Below, in pieces: positions 43,598 through 55,136 of a stretch of 64,000 bases of DNA. This DNA comes from Elsinoe ampelina (lineage: Eukaryota). The stretch spans positions 891,850 to 955,849 of the forward strand of contig ML992509.1 in NCBI GenBank assembly GCA_010093995.1. Direction: 5' to 3'. The notes beneath the pieces are model-generated. The model did not search any database. It was given only the letters and a program-made list of their open reading frames with translations, and had not been told where the DNA came from. The position numbers and the translations under genes are program-made. How positions within the stretch are numbered: the stretch's first letter is position 1; every line of letters starts with the position of its first letter.

Positions 43598-44566
43598 CTA
43601 ATACTTCTTTTGGAAGTACCCCTCCTCATGGAGACCAATCGCTCTCTTAGTCGCTGCATCCAAATCCTCCTTCGGCAGGTCCAACTTCTCATTGTCCAAC
43701 CCATACAACAAATCCTGCCTACCAGCATTATCCTCAAAAAACATCCTGCCATACAAGCACTTTGCAAACCCAATTCGATCACCACCTTGCATCTGCTTCA
43801 ACCCTTGCTGATAAAACTCCCCAACCGGCACCTTGGACACCTTCCAATCCCCCTCCTCGGTCCCCGTCACCCTCATCAAACTCTCCCACATATCCCTCTG
43901 GCTCACCGTAAACGACGCAAAATGGCAATGCCCATTCCTCCAATCCACCAACGCCGGCCCACCACCCCCCTCCTTCTCCACCGGCAAACTCAACAACCTC
44001 GCCACCACAACCCCACACATCTCCCACGTACTCGTCCCAATACTCCTCTCCCCCTCATCAAAAAGCGTCACCTCCCTCTTCCCAAGATCAAACCCGTACC
44101 TCTCCACCCCTCCCGCCAACGAAAACTCATACCAAAACCCACACGCGATCCCGACCCACTGGCCCCCTTTGGACTCGATGTACTCTCTCGTCGCCTTCTT
44201 CGCAGGACCAAAAAAGACGTCCTTCCCCGCTTGCTCGCCGTACTGGTACCCCCACTCGTTGGGCAGGATCCACTTCACGCCCGCCTCGATGGCCGCGTCG
44301 ACGAGTTTGGTTTCTGTATCGTGGGGCGCGGTGACCGACATGGTGATGATGAGGGCGTCGTGGCCTTTGAGTGCCGCCACGAGGGAGGTGGGGTCGTCGT
44401 AGGAGACGGGGGCGACGCGGACGCCTGGGGGAAAGGAGCTGGTGGTGTTCCCCGTGCGCGTGATGGCGGTGATGGTCTTGCCGGCGGCGAGGAGGGAGCG
44501 GGTGGCGTAGGTGCCGACTGTGCCGGAGGCGCCGACGATGGCGATGGTGTTGAGGTGGTTGGACAT
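43598..44566 (-). CDS. NmrA-like / isoflavone-reductase-like NAD(P)-binding oxidoreductase (CipA-like)
   Basis: IAIVGASGTVG, LVDAAIEAGVKWILPNEWG, CGFWYEFSL. Confidence 0.9.
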   Translation of the reverse strand: MSNHLNTIAIVGASGTVGTYATRSLLAAGKTITAITRTGNTTSSFPPGVRVAPVSYDDPTSLVAALKGHDALIITMSVTAPHDTETKLVDAAIEAGVKWILPNEWGYQYGEQAGKDVFFGPAKKATREYIESKGGQWVGIACGFWYEFSLAGGVERYGFDLGKREVTLFDEGERSIGTSTWEMCGVVVARLLSLPVEKEGGGGPALVDWRNGHCHFASFTVSQRDMWESLMRVTGTEEGDWKVSKVPVGEFYQQGLKQMQGGDRIGFAKCLYGRMFFEDNAGRQDLLYGLDNEKLDLPKEDLDAATKRAIGLHEEGYFQKKY

Positions 44567-45431
44567 GGTGGTTGGTGCTGTTGAAGTTGGGAGATGGGAA
44601 GAGGAGGGGTTGGAGATGGGGTTGGGGGATGGGATTGATGCTTGGATGGCTTGGTTATATACTTATTGTTCTCTTGTTTAGTGCAGTGTAAATACATGCA
44701 AAGGTATCCTTGTCCGTAACCATTTGCCAGGAGCTATTCGGCGTTAGTGCATACCTCCATGTTTGTTCGGAGCAACTTTTGCCCCACCAAACGTCAGCCA
44801 TGACGGGAGGAACGTTGCCCGGCATCCCGATGTGCTGAGACCGATCAAGTCATGGCATTAGTACATGGAATTAGGGTATAGCATTTCATAGTCTTGAATG
44901 ACGGGGCCTGAGTGGAACAAGGCAAGCAGAGGACGTTTCAAGGAGATCTGAGGGATGAGTGTTGATCGATTCATGACGGACCACACTGCTGTCGTCCTAT
45001 GCTTGCGATATGATGCCTCTCCATCGGTCTTGGAATGCAAGAAAACCCGCACTGCTCTGGCTGTAATACAGCAATGCCAGGAAATACCGTCGCCTGATAC
45101 ACTGGCAATGTACATCGGCGTCTGTATGACCGCCATCCCCAATCTCTACGACAGTGATTATGCGCCAGACAATCTGGCCTGAGCACCACCTCTCCAAGCA
45201 GCAGCTTCTTACCCGTACACATTCGGTAGCAGCTTGACAGCTACCTGAGGATCTAGTTCTCGGACAGACCGAGAGCATTTGCAGATCTGCCGACCATAAT
45301 AACCCAGCCACGAAGCGGAAAGCCAGTCAGGTGGTCTCCGAATGGGAGAGGGAAGGCTTTATCATGACAGCTAGGCGATCCTATCTTCCCCAAGTGCATA
45401 ATGCCCCATGGACGCGGTAGGATGATGGCTC

Positions 45432-46239
45432 TCACCAGCCAAAATTCGTGTCGGCACTCTCGATCACCGCGGTGTGGTCAAAGTGCTTCAGACTCGAGCC
45501 CATTCTATCCTTGAACTTCTGCATAGTCTCCGGAAAGGCGATACACTGATCGATGAAGCTGATGCTTGGAACCTCAGGGTACAGTGTCTGGTAGTATTAG
45601 CCAGATCTATGGCCGGCCACTTAAGGGGATACTGACCGCGACCTGATCCAGGATGATGTCTGTACGGTCCTGAGTGACCACCCACATCTCCGGATAGTAT
45701 TCATGCCGGGGATCAAGGTTGAGCTCTTGTAGATTGGGGCAATTGAGCTTTGGAATGCAAGACTCCCAATCAAGCCTAACACATATATTCTCCAGCCTGG
45801 GAAAGACGACGTTTTCGAACAATTCGTTGTGCTTTGCAGTCTCCTTGTCGTTAAGCGACATGTAAGTGACTTCTTCGACAAAATTGGCGTAGAATTGCCG
45901 ACGATCTGCTGGGATGGCGGCAAATAGATCAGGGAACGAGACAGAGTAAGTCATGATTTGTGGTTCGATCCAGATCAATCGTGTGGCTTCCTTGTACCAG
46001 AGCTTGTTGACGAGAGAGCATCGGAAGAGTATATCGATCTCATCGAGGTAGCGCTTGGTGGCATTATGCGTATAGGATACAGCATAGGGGCCGGTATGGA
46101 TGATCTGGAATAGGACGCTGACGATCTCTGGCAGTTGCAATGCTCGCTGGGCGGCGTTAGCTCTAGCTGGTCTCATGGCCAAAGGCTGTCCGGCCAACCC
46201 GCCTCGATCGCGAGGCGGGTTCTTCTTTGGGGCCATCAT
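45432..46239 (-). CDS. hypothetical protein with F-box-like N-terminus
   Basis: RALQLPEIVSVLF...CSLVNKLWY..A...IW motif. The intron after QVA (~45636-45589) joins a short second exon ending at 45432. Confidence 0.65.
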
Positions 46240-47234
46240 TGGCAATCACTGGTAGGAATGAAGGTTGTGGGAGAGAGATTGTCCAGCGACATATGAGATT
46301 GAACAGTCATATTCTGTACGAACGAATGGCACGCCTGGCTGCGGCTATGGCTGCGGCTGACTACGATTACGGGATCTGTGAGTCGATCTCTTCTGCAGAT
46401 ATGTACCTGTCGCACCGTGCCAGTAGTCGTCAGGTCCTCTCCTTCACTGAAATGGTATGATTTCGTCTTCAAGTTGCGATGTGCATGCTAAGCAGTCACC
46501 TGGTCAGTATCCCCACATTGCTATAGTTAGGGTTGCGTTCGCAAAGGTTGCCAGAACCATGGTACGGCCGAGGATGAAAGTGCTACCCAGGTCAAGTGAC
46601 ATCTTACGAGATACTGCATGGAGGTACTACCACTGTTGTTGTATGACCGAGACTCGAATGGACGTATGACATGACAAAGACCAAGCGAGGGACAAGCTGT
46701 CCCCCCCCGTGAATGATGCGAACCCCTTGCCGTTCATGCGTGTGTGTGAAGACGTTGCATCGGTTCGTGGAAGGAAAAGGGCTTTTTCCTCTAGGCCCGG
46801 TCGAATCCGATCAAACTATCAAAGCCCGTGGACCGGACTAGAGCTCGAAAAAGGCAAGCACGAACTCCGGACAAAGTCAGGAGTACGAGGCGGGTGGCAG
46901 TGTGGCAGTCAAATGGGCAAATTAGAAAACGAATCGAGGAATCAACTTTGGTCTTCTCCTTCCTTTCCATGGCCCATGCTTCCAAAGTTATTTGGAGCTT
47001 CCAGGGACTGGCAGGGACACGGGCACAGGGTAATTAGCTTAGTCTCCATAACAGACTCCCTTTCCGTCCATCACTTGACTGCGTTACGTCGCCTTTCTCC
47101 ATCCACCTTGCGCATTGCAATTGATCGATACCTCGAGTCTTTTCTGTCCAAATCCCTCCTGTCGATTTGAATCTCGACACTCTTCTTCAGCAAACCCCCA
47201 CGTATCCCATCTTTTTCCCCACACACCGCCCACC

Positions 47235-48480
47235 ATGAAGGGTAATACATCTTTGAATACACTTGAGACAGCAATGGCTGACGCGGTATACAGCTCTGAT
47301 TCTCGTCGGCGGCTTCGGCACTCGCCTGCGACCTCTTACTCTCACCCTCCCAAAGCCCCTGGTCGAGTTCGGCAACAAGCCTATGATCCTCCACCAAGTC
47401 GAGGCGCTTGCGGCTGCTGGCGTGACGGATATTGTCCTCGCAGTCAATTACCGCCCAGAGATCATGACTGCTGCGTTGAAGAAGGTAGGGGCTACAAGTC
47501 AGGATATCCGATCACACCTGACAAGTCGCAGTACGAGCAACAATACAATGTGCGGATAGAGTTCTCCGTCGAGACTGAGCCCCTTGGAACAGCCGGCCCG
47601 CTCAAGCTCGCCGAGAAGATTCTGGGCAAGGATGACACTCCCTTCTTCGTCCTCAACTCGGACGTCATCTGCGATTACCCATTCCAGCAATTGGCCGACT
47701 TCCACAAGGCGCACGGCGAGGAGGGCACAATCGTTGTCACAAAGGTGGAAGAGCCATCGAAATACGGTGTCGTTGTTCACAAGCCAGACCACCCGTCGAG
47801 GATCGACCGCTTCGTAGAGAAGCCAGTCGAGTTCGTCGGCAACAGGATCAACGCCGGTATCTACATCCTGAACCCTAGCGTCCTGGATCGCATCGAGCTC
47901 CGCCCGACCTCGATCGAGCAGGAGACTTTCCCGGCCATTTGCAAGGATGGCCAGCTCCACTCTTTCGATCTCGAAGGCTTCTGGATGGACGTCGGCCAGC
48001 CCAAGGATTTCCTGTCCGGCACCTGCCTCTACCTTTCTTCTCTGACCAAGAAGGGATCCAAGGAACTCGCCCCTACCTCAGAGCCATATGTACACAGCGG
48101 CAACGTTCTGATCGATCCGTCAGCAAAGATTGGCAAGAACTGCAGGATCGGACCCAATGTGGTCATTGGTCCTAACGTGGTAATTGGAGACGGTGTGCGC
48201 CTCCAGAGGTGCGTACTGCTTCAAGGCTCAAAGGTCAAGGAACACGCCTGGATCAAGAGCACCATCGTGGGCTGGAACTCGAGCGTCGGTCGCTGGGCAC
48301 GTCTCGAGAACGTGACAGTGCTTGGTGACGATGTCAGCATCGGCGACGAAGTCTACTGCAATGGCGCCAGCGTCCTACCACATAAGAGCATCAAGCAGAA
48401 CGTCGATGGTAAGCTTCAATCCCGCCTGATCACCACGCGAGTAACTAACAATTTGACCAGCTCCTGCAATCATCATGTAA
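47235..48480 (+). CDS. MPG1: mannose-1-phosphate guanylyltransferase (GDP-mannose pyrophosphorylase)
   Basis: [47 protein letters not shown], hexapeptide repeats, ends ..PAIIM*. Three introns. Confidence 0.96.
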
Positions 48481-49068
48481 ACGAACAGTATCTTCGTCTT
48501 CACAACCAACAACCTTCCCTAATCGGAATCTATCTGTACATCATTTAATATCACGGCACAACTATACAACAAGAAAAGTTATGGAATCACGGATCGCGGC
48601 AGGGCCTTGCATTTTGGTATTGAATCACGAATTGTATGCGCTTCGAGCATGCGCCGGAGTTTTGATGGTTGGTGATGCACAGCGGCACCGGCACGGATAC
48701 GGAGAAGGTGGCAGTGATCTGCAACAGCACGGCAGGCATGATAAACCACAGTCATAGATGGACACGAATGTCGATTCTCTGCTCTCACATGTCCATCCCA
48801 CCTATGCCATTTTTGGGTCGTGTTTCCACGCGTCGTTGCGACAGTGGATGATCGACAAGACCACGTGCACATCCTGGAATTTGCAGGGCAGAGCCGCCCC
48901 CCCACTCAAAAGAGCGTTACGTCATTCTACATGTGAGGCGCCAGCGAGATACCTGGAGGCAGTATAAAGAGCATTGTTTCTACACGCTTCCGATCTCAAT
49001 TTTACTCAATCACTGTAATCGAAAGTCACGCAATCAGTCACTAGCAATATCCACCAAGAACCGTCACA

Positions 49069-49650
49069 ATGACTGACAACAACACCTCCACCCTGCAAGC
49101 CGTCATCGACAAGACGTCTGGCACGGTTCAATCTGTCATCGGCTCAATCACAGGCAACACCGCCGACCAGGTGAGTCGCGACACCCACTCCAGCTCCAAC
49201 ACTGCCGTCTGACCCTCTTCTCAGGCCAAGGGCGACCGCAAGCAAGCCGAAGCCGACGCCAAAGACGACCTCTCCCACGCCGGTGCGAATATTGGCGGCT
49301 TCTCCGTCTCCACCAGCGGGGTCGCGAAGAACGACCCCAACCGCTCGGACGGCAAGTGGAACCAGACAGTCGGCGCAGGCAAAGAGACCATCGGCGGACT
49401 CGTCGGCGCAGAGGGCCTGAAGCAGGAGGGGATCAGGCAGAACCAGGAGGGCAAGGAGCAGGAGGCTGCCGGCCAGCTGAGCGACCTGGGCAAGGGCGTG
49501 GGAGATCGACTGGCCGGGACCGTCGGTGGTGCTGTCGCTGGCTTGACAGGGGACAGGGCGGAGCAGGAGAAGAGGCAGTTGCAGCATGATCAGGGGAAGA
49601 CGATCCAGAGGGGTGTCGAGTCGGACCTCCAGAAGCAGGCACCGCAGTAG
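49069..49650 (+). CDS. CsbD-like hydrophilic stress protein (Hmp1/LEA-like)
   Basis: DRSDGKWNQTVGAGKETIGGLVGAEGLKQEG-type repeats. Intron 49171-49224. Confidence 0.82.
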
Positions 49651-50414
49651 TGGATTGGTTCATTCATTCATTCATGACATAGGTCCAACGACGACAGAGG
49701 AGTGCCATGATGGCCAGGGTGCGATTAGCGTAGTTCAATTAGCGACAACGACGATACCATGAATATTACTCGAGTTTGATTTGCTCATTGCTATACGTCG
49801 ATGGCTATCAATAGCTCTCTTGTGAAGAATATTTTGGCTTCGTCGGTGTTTGACGGACTTTTGATGGAGATGCCGAAGCAAATTCCGGTCTTTGCAACGG
49901 TCGTGGACGAAACATTGTGCTTATCTGAATGGTCACAGAAATCAAGACACGCTCACGAATGCGAATATCCTCACCTAACACCGGGTGAAGAGGTAGTGTT
50001 CGTGATGTTCAGCAACAGAGAAGCCGCGCGAGACAATTTATATTAACCCCGGAATCGTCTCACTATGATGACGGAGATTGCAGGTCTAACAATTAAATAG
50101 TGTGCAGTGCCGAGTGGAAACAGACTTCCGAGGCCGCTTCTCCACCAATCGATGACATGCAGGCTGTATTCATCCGACGTCGCAGGATGCTCACGCTTAG
50201 CTTATAGATCACTCATCCCTCTTCTGCCTAAGCATGTTATTGTACACCTACCGTCTTCCCTCTCTCCCCTTCGACTGACCTAGGAACACCCCTGTACCAC
50301 CATTCCCATGTACACCGCTCAGACAATGAGATAGCGCATCCCAGCGCGTCACCACCCCCACCGGACCCCTCCGACTCCTTCGTCACAACACGACCTCATA
50401 TCCCGTCTACGATC

Positions 50415-52064
50415 ATGACTCCCTCGCGCACTTCGACTCTTGATACGGCTGTGTCTGCTGCGTCGAGCGGTGCTGCCTCTCCGCGCCCCGCCATGTCCAC
50501 AGTCTTTCCAAGCCGCACACCGACGACACGGTCCCGCCGACGAAATTCCTTTCCCGCCCCCGGGTCCAAGACTCCTTCGCTATGTGGACAAGACACCTCT
50601 GCCCCTTCGCCCTCGGAAGCAGACATTTCGAATGCCATGTCCGCCCTCTCCCACGGCGGACCTTCTGTCGCGCAACTCGCCGCGCTGACCAACCCATGCT
50701 ACTTTCATCGCCGCTTTGGAGATGCAGTCAACATTGAGAAGGTCTTGGAAGAGATGCAGGGTGATGAACAGCTTAGCCATAACAGGCTAATGCAGACTGC
50801 CGCATCTGTGCGCGAGGTCAGTCGCCAATTGCAGCGGAGAAGCACAAAGCAGGCCGTGAAGAATGTCATGATTGTGACGAAGGCGAGGGACAATACGCTG
50901 GTGGAGAAGACGCGGGAAGTGGCGGGCTGGCTGATGGGGACTCCGCGGTATGGGAAGACGAAAGGGGTCAGAGTGTACGTGGATAGCAAGCTCAAGAGCA
51001 GCAAGCGATTCGACGCGGAAGGGTTGGTCAAGGAAGTGGGCGAGGAAGGGGAAGCATTGCTCAAATACTGGACGCCGGAACTCTGCTGGGCTAGCCCAGA
51101 GCTCTTCGATCTCGTCATCACTCTCGGAGGCGACGGCACCGTCTTATACACCTCCTGGCTCTTCCAACGTATCGTCCCACCCGTACTCGCCTTTAGTCTC
51201 GGCAGCCTCGGCTTCCTCACCACCTTCCGCTTCGAAGCCTACCGCAACCACCTCGACCGCCTCATGGGCGACGTCGGCATGCGCGTCACCATGCGGATGC
51301 GCTTCACCTGCACCGTCTACCGCGCCGCCCACCTCAACAGCACCAGCACCACCACCTCGCACCTCCCCTCGCCCGCCAGCACCCCCAACATGTCCGGCCT
51401 CGGCCTCGACCTCACCCGCACCCCGACCCACCAACAAAAAATCGAAGGCGAAACCCACGAAGTCCTCAACGAACTCGTCATCGACCGCGGCCCAACATCC
51501 TACATCTCCAGCCTCGACCTCTACGCCAACGACAGCCTCCTCACCCGCATCTCGGCCGACGGCATGATCCTCTCCACCCCGACGGGCAGCACGGCCTACT
51601 CCCTCTCCGCGGGCGGCAGTCTAGTCTACCCGGACATTCCCGCCATGCTGCTCACGCCCATCTGCCCTCACACCCTGTCGTTCCGCCCCATGATACTCAA
51701 CGACAGCATGGAGCTCAAGATCCGCATCCCTTCGTCGGGACGAGGCAACGCGTTCGTGTCTTTCGACGGCAAGGGCAAGATCGAGCTGGGTAGAGGCGAT
51801 GAGGTCGTGGTGAGGGCGAGTCGGTACCCGTTTCCCACCGTGTTGAGTCAGCCTATGGAGTGGTTCGATGCGATCAGTAGGACGTTGAGGTGGAACACGC
51901 GGGCGGCGGACCAGAAGGGGTGGACGGGGGTGGAGGGGTGGGAGGAAGGGGGGGAGGGGGAGGCCGGGGAGAAGGAGCAGAGGGAGAGGTTTGATATTGA
52001 TTTTGACGAGGACGAGGGGAGTGTGAGGGATAGTGGGTACAGTGGGGCGAGTAGCACTGCATAG
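50415..52064 (+). CDS. ATP-NAD/NADH kinase
   Basis: LGGDGT, SLGSLGFLT, LNELVIDRG, TPTGSTAYSLSAGG, PICPHTLSFRP. Confidence 0.95.
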   Translation: MTPSRTSTLDTAVSAASSGAASPRPAMSTVFPSRTPTTRSRRRNSFPAPGSKTPSLCGQDTSAPSPSEADISNAMSALSHGGPSVAQLAALTNPCYFHRRFGDAVNIEKVLEEMQGDEQLSHNRLMQTAASVREVSRQLQRRSTKQAVKNVMIVTKARDNTLVEKTREVAGWLMGTPRYGKTKGVRVYVDSKLKSSKRFDAEGLVKEVGEEGEALLKYWTPELCWASPELFDLVITLGGDGTVLYTSWLFQRIVPPVLAFSLGSLGFLTTFRFEAYRNHLDRLMGDVGMRVTMRMRFTCTVYRAAHLNSTSTTTSHLPSPASTPNMSGLGLDLTRTPTHQQKIEGETHEVLNELVIDRGPTSYISSLDLYANDSLLTRISADGMILSTPTGSTAYSLSAGGSLVYPDIPAMLLTPICPHTLSFRPMILNDSMELKIRIPSSGRGNAFVSFDGKGKIELGRGDEVVVRASRYPFPTVLSQPMEWFDAISRTLRWNTRAADQKGWTGVEGWEEGGEGEAGEKEQRERFDIDFDEDEGSVRDSGYSGASSTA

Positions 52065-52328
52065 CAAAGAGGGGACGTGGGCAAACTTGGGTATGGAAGG
52101 CAAGGACCGCGGAAGCGAGAAGCTTGGATGAAATGATACACATGACTGTGAATATAGCAATGAAGAGTATTCCTCTGCTCTGTTTGACCCGACACCGTGC
52201 ATGACCCAAAGATCGTGATACGTATACCTCCAAAAACACCTTGCTAAATCCAACCCGACCCATCCAAACCTACCATCCTCCTCTTCCCAACCCCTCCCCG
52301 TGTCTCTCGTACATTTAACCCCAATGCT

Positions 52329-55136
52329 CTAAAAACTAAACAACCCACTCCTCCTCTTCCCACTCGGATAAACTACCACCGCCGCCAGGAACAGTCCGAC
52401 CGTGATCCCAATCGCCACCTGGATAACCGAATAACTCACATTAAACGCCACACTGTTCAACCCCACCACCGCCCCTCCCTCCGCCACACTCCCCCCCGTC
52501 CCACCCGTCGCATCCGAATTGATCTGATCCGCGCTCGCCAACCCGGCCACCAAACTCCCACTCACCGCCAGTCCCGACGGCACCTGCACAAAGATCGCGG
52601 GCAACATGGCCGCCGCCGCGAGTCCGTACCCGACTTTGCGCTGGCGTTTCTTCGCCGCTATATCCTGCGTGAACGCCCTCGCGGCCGACTTTTCCTCTTC
52701 GTCGGCCAACTGGCCGGCTTCGAGCTGCGCGTCGGAGGCGTGGTGGGCCTGTTTGTAGAAGGCGCGCTGCGGGGTCGAGGCGAAGCGGATGCGTAACCTG
52801 TCGATGCGCGGCAGGAGGTGGTCGTCCCAGATATCGAGGAGGAGATTCTCCGTGCGCTTGCCGATGCGGGAGTAGAGGTTTGCGAGGACGCCGATGGCGA
52901 AGGCGCCGAGCGTGTTTGCGATTTGGGTGTTGGAGGCGAAGCGGGTCGAGGAGTAGTAGTTGACGATGTAACCGGAGAAGGAGATAATCATCATGACGGG
53001 GATTTGTTTGTATTTGCCTTGATTGATGATGATGAGGCAGAGGGTGAAGATGGGGACCGAGACGAAGAAGTACGGGCCTTGGATGCTGGATTGGCAGGTT
53101 GTAGCGGACGTGGCGGCGCTGTCGAAGCGGCCGTAGAGGGCCGTGCCGATCATGATGCCAAAGCCGAGGAAGAGGGAGTAGATGATGGCGTAGACCATGC
53201 GGACGGAACCGGCGACGATGCTGCGAGATTGAAGCTCGAGGGAGGCGCAGAGGACGGTGTAGCCGGGGAGGATCAGTGCTATTGAGGATTGAGCGAGGGC
53301 GCTGAAGCAGAAAAGGTTGCCGCCGTTGATGGAGCCGAATGCTCTTGCGAGGAATGAGGTAAGGACCGCTGCGGAGATTTCGAATACGTTGCTGTATAGC
53401 TCGGATCGAGGGGCGAAGTGTAGTTGTAGCAGACCGACGAGACTTCCTAGGAGGAACGCGATTGGCAGATCGATAAGTCTTGCACCGAAAGCGAATGGTC
53501 CGACAGAGGCAGAAGCAAATCCGTACATGAGGATCAGGAACCATTTCGAGAACTTCTGCTTGCGTTTGGTAATCTCTGCCAGACGCTTAGTGGCAGCTTC
53601 GACGCCGACGCGATCGTGAACAACATCCTTGTACAGCTCATGTACATCTCGGAGCTTGCCCAAGTCGAGACCTTGGTTGACGCGGACCAATCTCACGGCC
53701 GCCGTATGGGTCTGAGGATCATCAAAGCTTATGATCATGCTACCAGGAATGTACAAGAATTGAGCAGGTACCTCCAGGACGCGAGCCGACATTTTCATAT
53801 ACTCCTCGAGTCGATGTGTCGGGGCGCCATACTCCATGAGAGCTCGGCAAAGCTTTTCCAGGTAGCGATGGCGAGCGATGGTCTCGGCAATGTGGATAGT
53901 GATACGGTGCTGCTTATCCTTTTCTTTCGACTTTGGTGTACCCAGACCAAACAACGATGCCGTGGATGCGCCTTTTCGCTTCCTCAGTGCCTTCTCAGCA
54001 GCTTCTCTCTCCTTGAGACGTTGGGCTACCTCGGCGCCAATGCCAGATACAGCTGGAGATGCACCGACTGCGGCCGAGCTGACCAGCTTCGCAATGGATC
54101 CAGATGAAGCAGTGCGATTGCCGAAGAACGGTCTCTTGGGTTTCTCTGGCGGGGTTGAGGGCTCCGAAGGTGGGGCAGAATGCACAGGCGTGCTTTGTGT
54201 GCTATCCCAGCCAAAGCTGGATTTCCTGGAGCCGGCTGGAGATTTACGTGCATCGCTGCCGTACAGGCTCAGGAGTGCTCCCAGGATTCCACCTCGTAGC
54301 TGTGCAGGCTTTGCCGCTTGGTACTCGTATCCTTCCTCGACCTCGGTAGGAGTGGCAGCTTCGGAGCGTACCTCGGCAGGAGGTGTGACGGAAGTGTTGA
54401 CCCGAAGTGTATGAGATCTGTCAAGCTTCTTTGCTTCTTTCTCCCAGACATTCGATTCGCGCGGTGGTGGTACTCTACGTTCAGGTCGTCTCAAAGTAAG
54501 TCCTTCCTCCTCGGAGTCTGACTCGATAGCAGAAGCATTCAGGTCCACCAGAGGGATATCTGCAGGGGTGTACTCTTCAGACTTTGCCCCGCGTACTGGT
54601 GACGACCTTCTCGACGCCTGAACAGATCTGATCTGCTCTCGACGTTCCAGTCGCTTCCCACGTTCGTATGCCTGAATGGCGTTGAGTTCTTGTGGGGTTC
54701 TGTGGCCAGTCGAAGGTGCTTCTGACGGCTCGTTTTGAGGCGTGGTCGAAGAGTCGCCGCGACGTAATACAGGCCTCGGCTTGGTAGGAGGTGGTGTGGG
54801 AGCGACGCTCAGAGCAGCACGCAACTCATTGGTCACTTCTGGTGACAATGTCGGAAGGTGAGACTTGTTGAAAGCGGGTAGGTCGGTCGAGCTGTGTTGG
54901 CGGCTGTGACCTGGGGAGCTGCTTGGGAGTTCTGTCGAGTCCAGCCCGAGGAAGCTTCTTGGTCGTTCTTGTGTGTCGATGGTCTCGTTTCCGTAAGAGA
55001 AGCCTACGATCTTCTTCCCCTTCCGTTGCTGACCAGCAGATCCAGGGCTGTTGTCGGTATCGTCCATGGTGTCAAAGTGTGGAGCTTGTTCCGAGTCGTC
55101 TCGGAAAGGATTGTGGAGGCCATTCTGACCATCCAT
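52329..55136 (-). CDS. PRM10: pheromone-regulated membrane protein Prm10-like (ThrE/DUF1212 exporter family)
   Basis: Disordered N-terminus; LCRALMEYGAPTHRLEEY; SSIALILPGY; about 10 TM helices; PAIFVQVPSGLA; ends LFSF. Confidence 0.9.
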   Translation of the reverse strand: MDGQNGLHNPFRDDSEQAPHFDTMDDTDNSPGSAGQQRKGKKIVGFSYGNETIDTQERPRSFLGLDSTELPSSSPGHSRQHSSTDLPAFNKSHLPTLSPEVTNELRAALSVAPTPPPTKPRPVLRRGDSSTTPQNEPSEAPSTGHRTPQELNAIQAYERGKRLERREQIRSVQASRRSSPVRGAKSEEYTPADIPLVDLNASAIESDSEEEGLTLRRPERRVPPPRESNVWEKEAKKLDRSHTLRVNTSVTPPAEVRSEAATPTEVEEGYEYQAAKPAQLRGGILGALLSLYGSDARKSPAGSRKSSFGWDSTQSTPVHSAPPSEPSTPPEKPKRPFFGNRTASSGSIAKLVSSAAVGASPAVSGIGAEVAQRLKEREAAEKALRKRKGASTASLFGLGTPKSKEKDKQHRITIHIAETIARHRYLEKLCRALMEYGAPTHRLEEYMKMSARVLEVPAQFLYIPGSMIISFDDPQTHTAAVRLVRVNQGLDLGKLRDVHELYKDVVHDRVGVEAATKRLAEITKRKQKFSKWFLILMYGFASASVGPFAFGARLIDLPIAFLLGSLVGLLQLHFAPRSELYSNVFEISAAVLTSFLARAFGSINGGNLFCFSALAQSSIALILPGYTVLCASLELQSRSIVAGSVRMVYAIIYSLFLGFGIMIGTALYGRFDSAATSATTCQSSIQGPYFFVSVPIFTLCLIIINQGKYKQIPVMMIISFSGYIVNYYSSTRFASNTQIANTLGAFAIGVLANLYSRIGKRTENLLLDIWDDHLLPRIDRLRIRFASTPQRAFYKQAHHASDAQLEAGQLADEEEKSAARAFTQDIAAKKRQRKVGYGLAAAAMLPAIFVQVPSGLAVSGSLVAGLASADQINSDATGGTGGSVAEGGAVVGLNSVAFNVSYSVIQVAIGITVGLFLAAVVVYPSGKRRSGLFSF

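Noticed and set aside
44700..45430. Short ORFs between the NmrA and F-box-like genes
   Set aside because: Fragmentary with no identifiable homology.
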